Shown: positions 34,538-47,292 of the stretch, in pieces
Layout: every line of letters starts with the position of its first letter
Position numbering within the stretch: the first letter of the stretch is position 1
DNA from: Mytilus californianus
Taxonomy: Eukaryota
Length of the DNA: 64,000 nucleotides
Direction of reading: 5' to 3'
NCBI RefSeq assembly: GCF_021869535.1
Contig: NW_026262680.1
Coordinates: 372,001-436,000 of the forward strand
The notes under the pieces: model-generated
Seen by the model: the letters and a program-made list of their open reading frames with translations, nothing else
The model's database searches: none
What the model was told of the DNA's origin: nothing
Program-made: the position numbers and the translations under genes

Positions 34538-36265
34538 GATAACTTTCTCGTCTGCATCTACAAATTACAGATTAAAGAAAATATTTAAGTTAATCATCAT
34601 AAAAATGCCTGATTGAAAGTTAATGACCACACACTCGTTAAATGCAAACTTTGGTATTTGCAGCTCACATTCTAGTCCGTCAAAATGCCTTCATAAAAAC
34701 GTTAAAAACGGTGAGAATCATTAGAAGTCATATTACAAATGAAGTTAAATAAATGAAAATTGGGGGGAGGGCATTCAATTGTGTTATAAACAAGAAAAAG
34801 AGAACCGGCTTGATAAATATTTTAACGGTTTTCTGAATGTGCTGTTTAGTTGCTGTTATATTTACCATTGCATCCCTCTTAAACACACAAAAACACAAAA
34901 ACACGACTTTTTTCCTATAATTATTCTTGTTTAAACAGCTGTTTATTAACAATTTGAAAACATGAATATCCATAAATATATATTATACTGATTTACATGT
35001 GTTGCTGTACAATGTACAAGTGAATACATCGATTTTATCACAAATGTCAGCAAGCATGCATGCTAGGGGCAAAATGTAATGTAACATTGCTCAAAAATGG
35101 CAAACAACTAAAGCCTTTTCATATTTTAATATTTTCCGAGACTTTCTAGTCATTCCTTAAATAGAAGGATTATATGTGACTGATAATTGTATATGAAAAA
35201 TAGAAGCCAAGAGCTTTCAGTGTGATTGTCACTGCAGTCATCTTTCAATCCATTTATAATATTCAACGTGGTCGTTGCTTAATTGTTGGGAGATTAATTT
35301 TTGGCAAGCCCAGGCCTTTTCAATATTTACTCCATTTTCATGATATCTTATTAAGTTATTTAATAAGACATATTGTATTATTTATGATATATCTTATCTA
35401 ATTGAAATTAAAAAGATATCTTATATTCTTTATAGCATACATCATTTAGTTTATAAAACATCTTGAAAATTGAATAAATATCAAAACGGCGTGCCATATT
35501 TATGTATCCTACGTAATATACATTCATTGACTTTCGTTTGCTCTTCTGCTCGAGGTCACTTATTATGCAATGATTGGTAGGGATGAACCGCTGGAATAGG
35601 TTACCTTTTTAAAGCTTCATAATATATGATAAGGTTGAGAAATTTAGATTAATTATGTGATAAGGTTGCTTATTATATCATAATTATCTGAAATGTTTAA
35701 TATTATTTTAAGATGTAATTGGTTGTTTTGTAAAAAAAAAAAAAGATGATTGGGTATGATTTTTACAGTATTTTATGTATATGAAAAGGATTTGTGTACT
35801 GGATTTACCAGCTGCTCACTGTACCTCAGAATGATCGAAATGCCCCCCCCCCCCCCTTTCCCTTTTCCAGCTTTAATGCCAGTGGCAAATATTTTATGTG
35901 TATTCGGGAAGCTTATATATATCATATGTTAGAATCGCCAGAATACTCATTGTGCAAATCTTATAATGAATTTTTCATATAAGCTGTATGACGACCTATC
36001 AATAGGAAACGCACTTCGTGATAAGTTGTCTCATAGATTATTTTGCAGTACGGCCTTTCATATGAAAATAAAGAGATGCATGTGCGGTAGATTGACAAAT
36101 ATGAAACACTTTACATCAGAAAAAGCTCGAACTGTGAGTGAACTCGCAAAAAATTGCCCACAGTTATATAGTAAACTGTATACCTAAAATATAAAGTCTT
36201 TAAAAATTCACAAAAAAGGAAACGGAGCAAACTCAATTTTACAGACTTCAAGTTCTTGGAGACAT

Positions 36266-36413
36266 CAGTGGTGGATCCAAAGGGGGGTCCGGGGGTTGGA
36301 ACCCCCTTTTTTGACGATCAATGCTTTTGAATGGGGACATTTAGTTGGAAACCCCCCCCCTCCTTTATCCTGGGTTAGGACCCCCCCTTTATAAATAGCT
36401 GGATCCGCCCCTG
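36266..36413. mobile_element. 148-bp MITE with CAG(T/G)GG(T/C)GGATCCA TIRs and 5-bp TSD (GACAT)
   Basis: gacat|cagtggtggatcca ... tggatccgcccctg|gacat read directly at 36261-36418. Confidence 0.8.
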
Positions 36414-36619
36414 GACATAGTGTAGGACAAGGATTATATTTCTGTATGAATATCCTCGGGTATTGTGTTCTAGATCTACAACAGTTACTGTTTAAAGTTT
36501 CATAAATTTCGGTCGATCCGTTAAGGGGTACTGCGCTCACATGATATACGGACAGGGCGATTCCTTTGTCTGCATCGAAAAGCTAAAGACCTGGTTTTAG
36601 CAAAAAATATTAAACGAAA

Positions 36620-37130
36620 AACAGGTGAAACAGACGGCAACCACTAAACTTCAGAATCCTGGTTTGGGACAGGCATATACAGAAAGTGGCGTAAAACTGT
36701 AAATTTTAGTTGGGAAGGCCGTGACTATATACAGTTACAAAATCAACTAAACTGCCACTTGACGTTATTAATCAGCAATTAAAAACAAAGCAGACTAACA
36801 AGAAGACAAAAAAGGTACCTGCATAAGAGTACACTCAGTTTATGAAAGCTAGTTCAAATTCCTATTTCAACTAATAACATGTAAATGTAAAATTAAGAAC
36901 AACTGGTTTGATTGCCAATGAGACAACTGCATTCTTGGGAGACTAAATGACGTAGATGTAAGAAACCATAGGTCACCCGATGGCCTTCAATAATAATCAA
37001 AACCCATACCGTAGTGTAAACTATATAATCCCGATATCACAAAAAAAAGGTAAAACAATTCAAACGAGAAAACCGACTGCAAGATTTATAAAAAAAACAA
37101 GGGCGTCAGACGTCAGATTATATCAAACTA
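36620..37130 (+). mobile_element. Degenerate copies of the high-copy SINE-like family seen at 25220-25720 and 50738-51130
   Basis: Shared motifs ttgggacaggc, gattgccaatgagacaact, ataggtcacc..ggccttcaa and gtaaaacaattcaaacgagaaaac. Confidence 0.5.
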
Positions 37131-39863
37131 CAAGATAACATAACTTATACATACATACATATGAATATTTACAATTCTTGACTATTTCACGTAGCCTAAT
37201 ACCGGTAATTCGTTACCCAGTCCATCAAGTTTTTATTAGAGCTGATAATTAATTACCGATACGATTTTGTGCGAATACTACAAATATGTTAATGATTTTT
37301 AAAGCTATGGAACACGTGTGTATCGACTTTACGGCCATTCTATATATTCTGTAGTACAAGGTTGTTGATTTCAATAAAGCAGTCGTTACTCATCAGACTG
37401 GTATGTGTAAACAGTAGCATCACTTTTCATAATTATCAGATGATTGTGTACTAGCTGTTTCAATTTCGTTTATCAAAATGTCAAGCCTGTACAAACTTTG
37501 AGCTGTAAGGAGATGAGGCGTTGATGTATGTTAATTACATTTAATACCAATAAATGTGGATAACATGAACATGTATGTACAACTGTTGATTATAAAGAGA
37601 AAAATATGTTGTTTGTTTTGAATATCTGCAACTTCCTCATATACCGGGGAAGTGAAAAGGGGGAATGATATTGAGCCGGAGGGATAGAAGATCTTTGAGG
37701 GTTTTTTTTTTTTTTATTAAAATTGTCGTTGTATAATAATATTGGACGTATATAAGATCACTATAGTATTCTGGTTCATCCCTTTAACTGTTTCATGGCC
37801 AATTTCCATCTAAACACAAAAGAAAATTAAAAAAGGTTCCATTCGGATTTGTTGAAAATTTGAAAGGCTGTACATAGTGGTTTTACATTTATTCAAAAAA
37901 AAAAAGGTGATAAAACGCTTTCCTCGTTGTGACTCGTCCCATACCAGTGTAGTAAGAAATAAATATATCCCTGTCTATATTGGCTATTTCTCTTCGTGCT
38001 GTTAGAATTAATAATAGAAATGGTTATGTCCCACAGTCAATATATAGTCATTATATTTGAATAAAACATGTATTTCCTTTTTTTTATCGATCAAACTTAA
38101 ACTTATAAGGAAAATAATTTTAGTGAGATGTGAAATATGTATTAATATAACTTGGTTTTGAGGATTAGATTAACTTGAAAGTGAGATTAAATCAATCTAT
38201 CTAGATCATTTATAACTCACAGAAACTGGACAATAACTATGACATTAAATTCTGTTTATTAAATAGAATATGATATGAATCAATATCAACAGTATTATGA
38301 GGTCCCAGTGGGAATATTTTCATTCAGATTATTTATTGATCGTTATTATTGTTGTCAAAAACGATTATGAATGTGGACAAAATCCAGGTTAATTAATGTT
38401 TTAGTTATCAATAAAATAGTTTACGAAAAGTAATTCTCACGCTTTTACTTGAATCTGTTTCGAAATATTTTGTAAAAATGTTCATTACAAAAACTATCGA
38501 AAAATCAAACCATTGCAAGTTTCATACAATGACACTGGTTTGTTGTATACATGGTATACATATTAACCTCTTTGTAATGCACCATGCACGCAGGTAGAGA
38601 AGCAATAGTGTGCACAGCATTACTGTCTTCGTGCATCATATACATCTTTGTATTTGATTTAGATAAATCGACATATATTCGCAAAGTTATCTCATATCAG
38701 TAAACAAAAATGACACATACACATCTAAAACAGATTTACAAGTGAAACAGAAATAGCTTACCGTTCGTATCCATGGTAAATTCTCAAAAATTTCATTAAT
38801 GCACGTGTTTCGACATTGATGATTTAAGACAGGAGATGTTCGGTAGCTGATATTCTGATGTGCGTGTGCACTTATGACAAACAATCATCAAGATAATATT
38901 ACAACGATTTTCAACATGATCAGTCACTAGTTGCTGGTTAAAGTGTTAAGCATGGCGTTGAATCGTGTAATCGAAAAAATATTTTCATCCGGACTGAGCA
39001 TTCAGTATAGGTGTTTATTGGCGTTGAATCATATAAACCGAAAAAAAGCTTTCATTCGGGGATATCATGCAGTGTCTTCATAATAATGTGTTTAATCGTT
39101 GTATCCGTTGATCTTCAAATTGCTCATTATTTTATTTCATTTCACCAACTCACATAAAACATTTTAAAACAGCCATCAACACTTGGGATAAGTGATTTTT
39201 TGGTAAAACGTAGATTTGTGTTTGGAAAAGTTTCTATTAAAAAAAGACGACACTGACCAAAGTCAATCGAAAATAAATGTGGCTAATTAACATGTATGTT
39301 AAACCTGAGAACCGACAACAAAAGATTGAAACATAGAACGTTAAAAGTATGAACTTGTAATTATTTTCATTATGATTTCACTAAAAATTACCATGTAGTT
39401 ATTTCCATTTTTAAAATTTAACCCGTTCTAGAAATTCTGAGAAAAAAGTGTACAAAATTTGGGGGTACTTCATACAATCAAAGTAGTCGAAATCTCTGAT
39501 GGAAAGATTCGAAGACATTGAGTTATGAAAGATAAAATTTAAATAGTACACCATGGAATTATGATATGGCAATATGACACTTCCATGAGTGATCATGAGT
39601 ATACTAACAATATATGTGTCGGATCAATTTCATGGAATCACTAAATTTGGATAAAAAATCTTTTCAATTACAATTTAATATTTTCATAAAATTATGTTCA
39701 CAGTTTCAAGTTTATAGTTTTTTAAACAGAAGAAATTATCACAACAAAGATTTATCCAAAAAAAAAGTTTGCCAAACGATTTTTTTTCTGTAAACAAATA
39801 ACTTTACCGGAAAGTATTATCGTTTCCTTTGCGATGTTGATTAAGCCGTTAGTTTTCACCTAC

Positions 39864-39876
39864 GTCACACAGCAAC
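39864..39876 (+). promoter_or_regulatory. Putative RFX X-box upstream of the centrin-like gene
   Basis: GTCACACAGCAAC fits GTNRC-N(0-3)-RGYAAC with one flexible position, ~90 nt upstream of the ATG. Short motif, positional support only. Confidence 0.35.
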
Positions 39877-39966
39877 AACAAAGCTTCAAAAGGCGGCGAC
39901 AGGTGCCCGAAATTAATTAACTTTGTGCAAACAATAGATTTAATCAATTAAGAAAATAAGATAAAG

Positions 39967-42900
39967 ATGCCGAAGAAAAAGGGGAAATCAAAGAAAGGGA
40001 AAGGTAAAAAGGGGAAATCAAAGAAAGAGACAAAAACTAGCGAAGGACCAAGAGATCCAATGACTCCAGCGTTTATTCCACCACCACCACTTCCAAGAGA
40101 AAAGGTGATTAATTTTACTTAAGTAAAAGATACTTAAGTTTTTTTGTATTATGTGCTGCATTTCTTTACTCTGTCTGATGTGCAGAATCCTGTGTGTGTG
40201 GGGGAGGGGGGAGATGAGATGATACATAAGAAATAAAAATATTTGAGGTCCCAGAAAATACATAATTAAAATCAAAAAGCATAAGTTGAAGAAAAACAAT
40301 TAAAATAAAATAAAAACAACCATAAAAAAAATGCAGGGAAAACCAAAGAATGGGCGACATGAATTCAGGCGTCCTGTTCCTCTTGTGTTACACCTGTTAA
40401 ATTAACCGATTAGATAGATGTACATGTATGTTGATTATATATACAAAACATGTAGCCATATACATATTAAGCATCATACATATGTGGAATTTAAGGATAA
40501 TGTAAAATTGACTTTTCTTACTAGAAGATAGATGTATACATAATGTACACATTTTATTATTTTAATGTTTTATATTAAGTATAAAAAAAATAGAAAGCAA
40601 AAAATGTAGCTACATGTAGATGATCAATAACAAATGGGTCTCATTAATTATAATTATAATAGGGGTGTATAGCGACAAGAGGCATCAAGGAGCGACAAGA
40701 AATAAATTTAGCATCAAGATATCTAAATAATGATTATTTCAAATAAATAGAGACACATGCATTAAAGTGTGTGTGTGGTTTTGTTTTAAATGTATGCATA
40801 TTTTCATTATTTCATGATACTGGGAGAAGAAAATAAACATTGGTTCATTTGTTCCAGAAAGTGTTTTTTTGTTATCAAGGATATGTTTAAAGAGATATAT
40901 TTAGTTTACAGTTTATAAATCAAAATTATAATATAATCTATAAATCTTTATTTTTATTTCAAGTAGAATCAAAACAAGGATGTATATGTATACATGTATA
41001 ACTAACAAAATTCCTTTCTCAAAAGGTCCATATATACATGTACATATATTGGATGGGACATGCGATTGTTACAAAATGTTCAAATTGATACATACTTAAA
41101 AATTATGTAATCAAATAATTTTTACTAAAAATTCATTACTAGACTACTGTACCAAGTGCCACTAAATATAACAAAATTTGAAACTATAAAACAGTAAATA
41201 ATCAACTGTAATTAATTGACTTTTTCTATAAATTTATTGTTTTAGTAGTATATAAACTTTCTTGCATTTTGTCACTAACTTTTTTCTTCTTCTTGCTTCT
41301 TATTGCTAAAATTCTACTTTTCACTAATTAGTGAGACCGATAACATACTAGTGTTTAAATATCAAATTGTTATTTTACAGCTAATTAATCTATTGAAACA
41401 ACATCCTGTGAATGAAAAAGAAATTCATGGTTACAAAGTGACAGACAGAATCCTAAAAAACTTAACCTCTTCTGAAATTAGAGACCTGATTGTAGTTTTT
41501 GAATTGTTTGATGCCAATTCTGATGGGTAAGACTTTCATGAAGGAGATTAACCATTTATCAAACCTACTGTGGATATTTTTTTTACAAAAAAGTGGTTCT
41601 AAGTAGAAAACCTGAAATATGACTATTTATCAAAGTTGTTATTGGTCAGCCATTGGAGATCGGGGAGGATTTCAAGATTGCTCCCCTCGTGTTTTATATT
41701 TTTGCTTTCTTAAATATTTATCTGAAGCAAGTACATACCTGATGCATGTTTATTGAAGAAACAAGTGTCATGTCAATCATTGTGCACAATGCACAGATTG
41801 AGGCATCGCATATTTTACTACAGATATACATTGTGCATGAAGTTTTTATCACTGCTGGTTGACAATCAGGGTACATTTGTACAATGCAAACCCCAAACCT
41901 GAGGCTTTAATATTCATTTCAATATCTAGGAAATGTGAAATATAAGTTTATTCATCTGTTCATATTCAATTGTGCAGTAGCAGGAATAAATCTAAACACA
42001 TGTATTGGTGTAAGCTTTCTTTCCTTATCATGTTATTATTTTTGAATGCATTTTTAAGAATACTTAAAACCTTAGAATTTCAGAAGTGTTATGGTAAACT
42101 AGTTAAAATATAGCCCTTTGTTTACATGTAAAGTTCAGATTCTCAGGTACATGTACATGTATGATTAAACTACAAGCTTTACTCATCATTTTCAGATATA
42201 TCAATGCAAAAGAGTTACGACGTGCAATGAGAGCACTTGGATTTAAATGTTCAAGAGATGATGCCAAAGATATGATTTCAGATGTTAGTGTGAAAGGAAA
42301 AAGGTAAAACTTCTATAGATGCCCATTTGCCATGTATGACAGACCTTAGAAAACCTTCTTTTGAAACCCTCATGCATAGGTAAATGTTCAATCATGGAAA
42401 AAGTTCAATTAATAATATTATTAACTGTTTGAGGTCACAAATAAAATGCACAAGTAACTTGTAATTTGATGCTTGTATATCGAATAGAGAATCACACATT
42501 AATATGGAATATATTTATCCTTGCATGAATTTATATTTTGATATCTTTACACAGATCTGTGAGAAAACTGCTAAAAAAGATTTGCCATGCCATCTTCAAT
42601 TTTTAAAAAGTTTGCTAAAAGACTAGGAATTTTTTTGTAAATACATGTCCGAACAAGGGAGATAATTCTGTTATTTTATATGATGATATTAACTTGAATA
42701 TTTTTGTCCCCCGCGCAACACGTTGCGGGGGACATGGAAATACTGGGCATCCGTCCGTGTGTCTGTCCGTTCTTGTTAGCACTCTCACGGGTACAATTTT
42801 TATACGACTGCAAAAATTGCGGTCGTATATTGGTATGGCGTCGTCATGGTTTGTCGTCCGAAGACACCTTGGTTTTCGCACAATAACTTTAGTTTAAGTT

Positions 42901-45900
42901 AATGGATCTCTGTGAAATGTTACCATAAGGTTCAATACCACAAAAGGAATGTTGGGATTGATTTTGGGGGTTATGGTACCAACAGTTAAGGAATGAGGGG
43001 CCAAAAATGGGCCAAAAATAAGCATTTTTGTAACTTCCAGACAATAATTTGTGTGTTAGTGTATTGATCTTTCTGAAATTGTACTACAAGGTTTCATATC
43101 ACAAAGGGAAAGCTCGAATTGAGTTTGGGGGTAATTTTCCAAAATGTTTAGGAATAAGGGACCAAAAATAAGCATGTTCTGACATTGTACCACAAGGTTC
43201 CATATCATAAAGGGAATGCTGGGATTTATTTTGGGGGTAATTGCCTAAAAAATTTAGGAATAAGGGGCCAAAAAGGGGCAAAAAACAAGCATTTTTCTAG
43301 TTTCATGACAATAACTTGTGTGTAAGTGTATGGATCTTTCTGAAATTGTACTACAAGGTTTCATATCACAAAGGGAAAGCTCGAATTGAGTTTGGGGGTA
43401 ATTTTCCAAAATGTTTAGGAATAAGGGACCAAAAATAAGCATTTTTCTAGTTTCCAGACAAGAACTTGTGTTCAAGAGTATGGATCTCTCTGAAATTGTA
43501 CTGCAAGGTACCATACCACAAAGGGAATGCTGGGATTGATTTTGGGGGTAATTGCCTCAAAATTTTAGGAATTAGGGGCCTAAAAGGGGCCAAAAACAAG
43601 CATTTTTCTAGTTTCAGGACAATAACTTGTGTGTAAGTTTATGGATCTTTATGAAATTGTACTACAAGTTTTCATATCACAAACGGAAAGCTGGGTTTGA
43701 GTTTGGGGGTAATTGCCCTAAACGTTTAGGAATTTGGGGCCAAAAAGGGGCAAAAAAACAAGCATTTTTACAGTTTCCAGACAATAACTTGTGTTCAAGT
43801 GTATGGATCTCTCTGAAATTGTATTGCAAGGTACCATACCACAAAGGGAAGGCTGGGATTGAGTTTGGGGGTGATGAATCATAAGGGGGTTCAAAAAATT
43901 GGGGGGGGGGGGGGGGGTATTTTTTTTTCCTTTTTTTTTTTCTTTAAATTTTCCATTTTAAGTTGGTTATTTTTTATTTATATATATAAAAGCAAATAAT
44001 AATGATATGGTTTGATTTCATCAAAAATTGAAATATTGGGGTTCTCTGATATGCTGAATCTAACCGTGTATTTAGATTCTTAATTTTTGGTCCCGTTTTC
44101 AAATTGGTCTACATTAAGGTCCAAAGGGTCCAAAATTAAACTTAGTTTGATTTTAACAAAAATTGAATTCTTGGGGTTTTTTGATATGCTGAATCTAACC
44201 ATGTATGTATTTAGATTTTGGATATTGGACCATGATAGGTAAATTAAAAATTTTAAGTTCTTAGATCACATTCATTCTGTATCAGAAACCTATGCTGTGT
44301 CAAATATTTAATCACAATCCAAATTCGGAGCTGTATCAAGCTTGAATGTTGTGTCCATACTTGCCCGAACTGTTCAGGGTTCAACCTCAGCGGTCGTATC
44401 AAGCTGCTCCCAGGGGAGCATTTTATTTATAAAACTTATAGTATACTATAAGTAATGCCCTTGAAGGTCTGTTTGAAATATTTAGTATACAATAAAAAAA
44501 ACTTTTTTGTCCCCAGCACATGCTTTTTATTTATAAATTGTTTTAAAGAACAACAACAGAAAGTGTTTTTTTTTAGTTATCGCCCCTGGATAGATAAAAT
44601 ATGTGCAAAAGGGGGGGGGGGACATTGGAACTCTGTACTTTTACTGAGAATAAATTTTGGCTCTCAAATGTATAACTTTTATTACGTTTGTAGCCAGATC
44701 AGCTTTGTTGAGTTTTTAGAAGTCATCATTGACAGACAAGATGATGCTAGAGACATCTATGATGAAATACTCCAGGGATTCAAAATGTTTGATCAAGGTA
44801 GGTAATTATGTTCTAAGTGGATCCGTGTTTGGTTAAAGATAGAAGTATTTTGCTCTCTAATCTACACATATATACATCAAATTCTTTGATAAAACAGTGA
44901 CAATAACTGGATAGGAAGTCACCATTATTGTAGAATATTTCAATATACCAGTCATGAATGATCACTTTCTGGTAACTTTCTGGTAAAATTATTTGTCAAA
45001 TTTTCGCTGAACAGACGACAGACAAGTTTTGCGCAAGGCACATATGTGGCCAAAAATATAGGTTTCTCTGGTATATAAAAGTTGTGAAGTGTAGCATTTC
45101 CCAAACTTATCTATGTTACATGTATGCTGTTTCATTGCCAAGAAATAAAAAAATATCATTTGTTGAATATTACTTCTCTAGCACTTTGTTAACCTATCAT
45201 GATGTTTAGAAGATGGAGAATGCATTTTATTCCCAAATGTCGACTTTAAAATTTATATATATTTTTGAAAAAAAATTTGGCTTTTGGTATTAGATAAATC
45301 TCAATTCTTTAAAATTTAGAACATGGGACTAGGAAGAATAACTTTTTAAATGAGTAGGATCAAGAAGGGCTAGAATTGGTCCTAAGATTATTATTTTTTT
45401 TTAAATCAGGACAAGGTTCTACAAATTTCACATATAATTAGTTGTCATATTACTATTTATACAAAAGAAAACATTTTTGACACCTCATATTACAAGTTAT
45501 GAAGTTATGAACCCCAATTATGCATTATTTGTGTTGTATTGTTAGGTTTTGTCCAATTTTTCAATCATTTATGACAGTTTTTAGCATTATTTACTTTGGC
45601 CGCCTTCCCCAATGCAGAATGTTTTTGTGTGTCTCTGTATTTAACCATGCCACCTTTTAGGTACAGAAAATTTTGGATTGTAGCTATAGGTAATGGCCAA
45701 GGCTATCCTTAAGGTTTTAGGTCTGAAAAATTGAAAAAAATCATTGTGTTTTGACAAGATCTCCAAAAGTGCTGACTTTTGAGCCTATAATGTACTATCA
45801 TAGAGAGTTTAGTTTAAGTCAGGATTAAAGCATCTGAAATAGATCTATTATAGAAGAAAAGTGTGGACCTTTTGATATTTTATGATAAAGTTGAAGTTTA

Positions 45901-47292
45901 AGGCCATATTTTGCCAAAATTTAAATTTGTCCTTTAATTTGTTTCAATCTAGGATTTAGAAATATATGTAAATTTCAAAGCAGTTTATTTGTTGTTAATT
46001 TGAAAGAACAATTTATAGGTATTCCAAATAAATTTTCACAAGACGAAAACTATGTTAGTAAATAGCTCACTGCATCAAACATACAAAATGACTTTTCAAA
46101 CCTAATTTATTCTTCTTTTACAGATATTTTGACTATCAAAGAAGCATTCCAATTTTCATTTTATTGTTTTTGAATTTTTTCTATTAGTTACTGAGTAACA
46201 AAGAGCTCATGAACATTAAAATATCATTCCAAGTTAAGTCAGAGTTATGCCACTTTGACTGAAGAACATCGATTATAACACAACTAAATCTGTTATAAAT
46301 AACTAATCAGGCCATAATCTTGCCGGCGAAATGACGATTTAAGTCGCCAAAGAATTTTGAAAATCGCTAAATCTCGCCAGCCGACTGACTTCATAGCGAA
46401 GTCAAATCGCTATCAAAATCGGTAAAAGGGAGACAACTTGTGATTGACAAGTCTCACAGGTAAAAAAATTTTCACAAGACCAAAACTATGTTAGTAAATA
46501 GCTCACTGCATCAAACATACAAAATGACTTTTCAAACCTAATTTATTCTTCTTTTACAGATATTTTGACTATCAAAGAAGCATTCCAATTTTCATTTTAT
46601 TGTTTTTGAATTTTTTCTATTAGTTACTGAGTAACAAAGAGCTCATGAACATTAAAATATCATTCCAAGTTAAGTCAGAGTTATGCCACTTTGACTGAAG
46701 AACATCAATTATAACACAACTAAAACTGTTATAAATAACTAAATTAATTACACTATTTACAGAGTTTTGTTGCCCAAACTTCGTCTCAACATTTGTTTTC
46801 AAAACTTAAAACAAGGTTGGTTCATAATGCAATATTTATCATGAAGATAGCTTCTTATTTGCAACCAACATAGAATAAATTTAAAAAAAATAATTTACCC
46901 TAAACACAGAGACATCAGTGAAAAGTCAGATATTCTTTTCTATTGGCTCAATTACAGTTTTTTGCCTCCTCACATAATCTGCAACATGTCATTCTGTAAG
47001 TCAATTAAATATTGTAGGATCGTTAGATTTGTAAAAATTATTTTTATGCCCCCACCTTTACTCTTGTCCGTACATACATCATGTTTGTAATTATTACATA
47101 TTTCTAATTCTATTTTTAGACAATTCAGGATCTATTACATTAGACAATTTAAAACAAATATGTACGGAAGCAGGAATGAAGTTTGCACAGAGAGACTTAG
47201 AGGAAATGATTGAAGAAGCTGACATTAATGGCGATGGGAAAGTCGACCAATCAGAATTTATACGAATTATGTTACAGACTAACTTGTTTTAA
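39967..47292 (+). CDS. Centrin/caltractin-like four-EF-hand protein with a Lys-rich N-terminal extension; 222 aa, 5 exons
   Basis: Exons 39967-40104, 41381-41526, 42196-42303, 44694-44797, 47120-47292 total 669 nt, GT-AG and in phase. EF loops DANSDGYINAKE, (degenerate) SVKGKSQISFVE, DQDNSGSITLDN and DINGDGKVDQSE. Centrin-like hallmarks: MRALGF, FKMFD, LEEMIEEAD, C-terminal MLQTNLF. Confidence 0.93.
42703..42796 (+). mobile_element. Head fragment of a HINE-like element
   Basis: Hairpin gtcccccgc-gcaacacgttgc-gggggac followed by a ccgtccgtgtgtctgtccgt microsatellite. It is truncated where the next element begins. Confidence 0.6.
42797..44425 (+). mobile_element. Full-length Helentron-type non-autonomous element (HINE) with an internal ~150-165-bp tandem array
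   Basis: 5' palindrome atacgactgc-aaaaatt-gcggtcgtat, 3' subTIR gcggtcgtat (44390-44399), 3' stem-loop gctcc-cagg-ggagc, and ~6 tandem units (ttccagacaataacttgtgt..) at 42870-43880. Confidence 0.8.
46031..46742. repeat. Near-perfect 276-bp direct duplication (46031-46306 and 46467-46742) with a 160-bp spacer
   Basis: The two copies differ at about 3 positions by eye. Confidence 0.95.

Noticed and set aside
43099-43884. Several overlapping ORFs
   Set aside because: They lie within the HINE tandem array and are repetitive chance frames.
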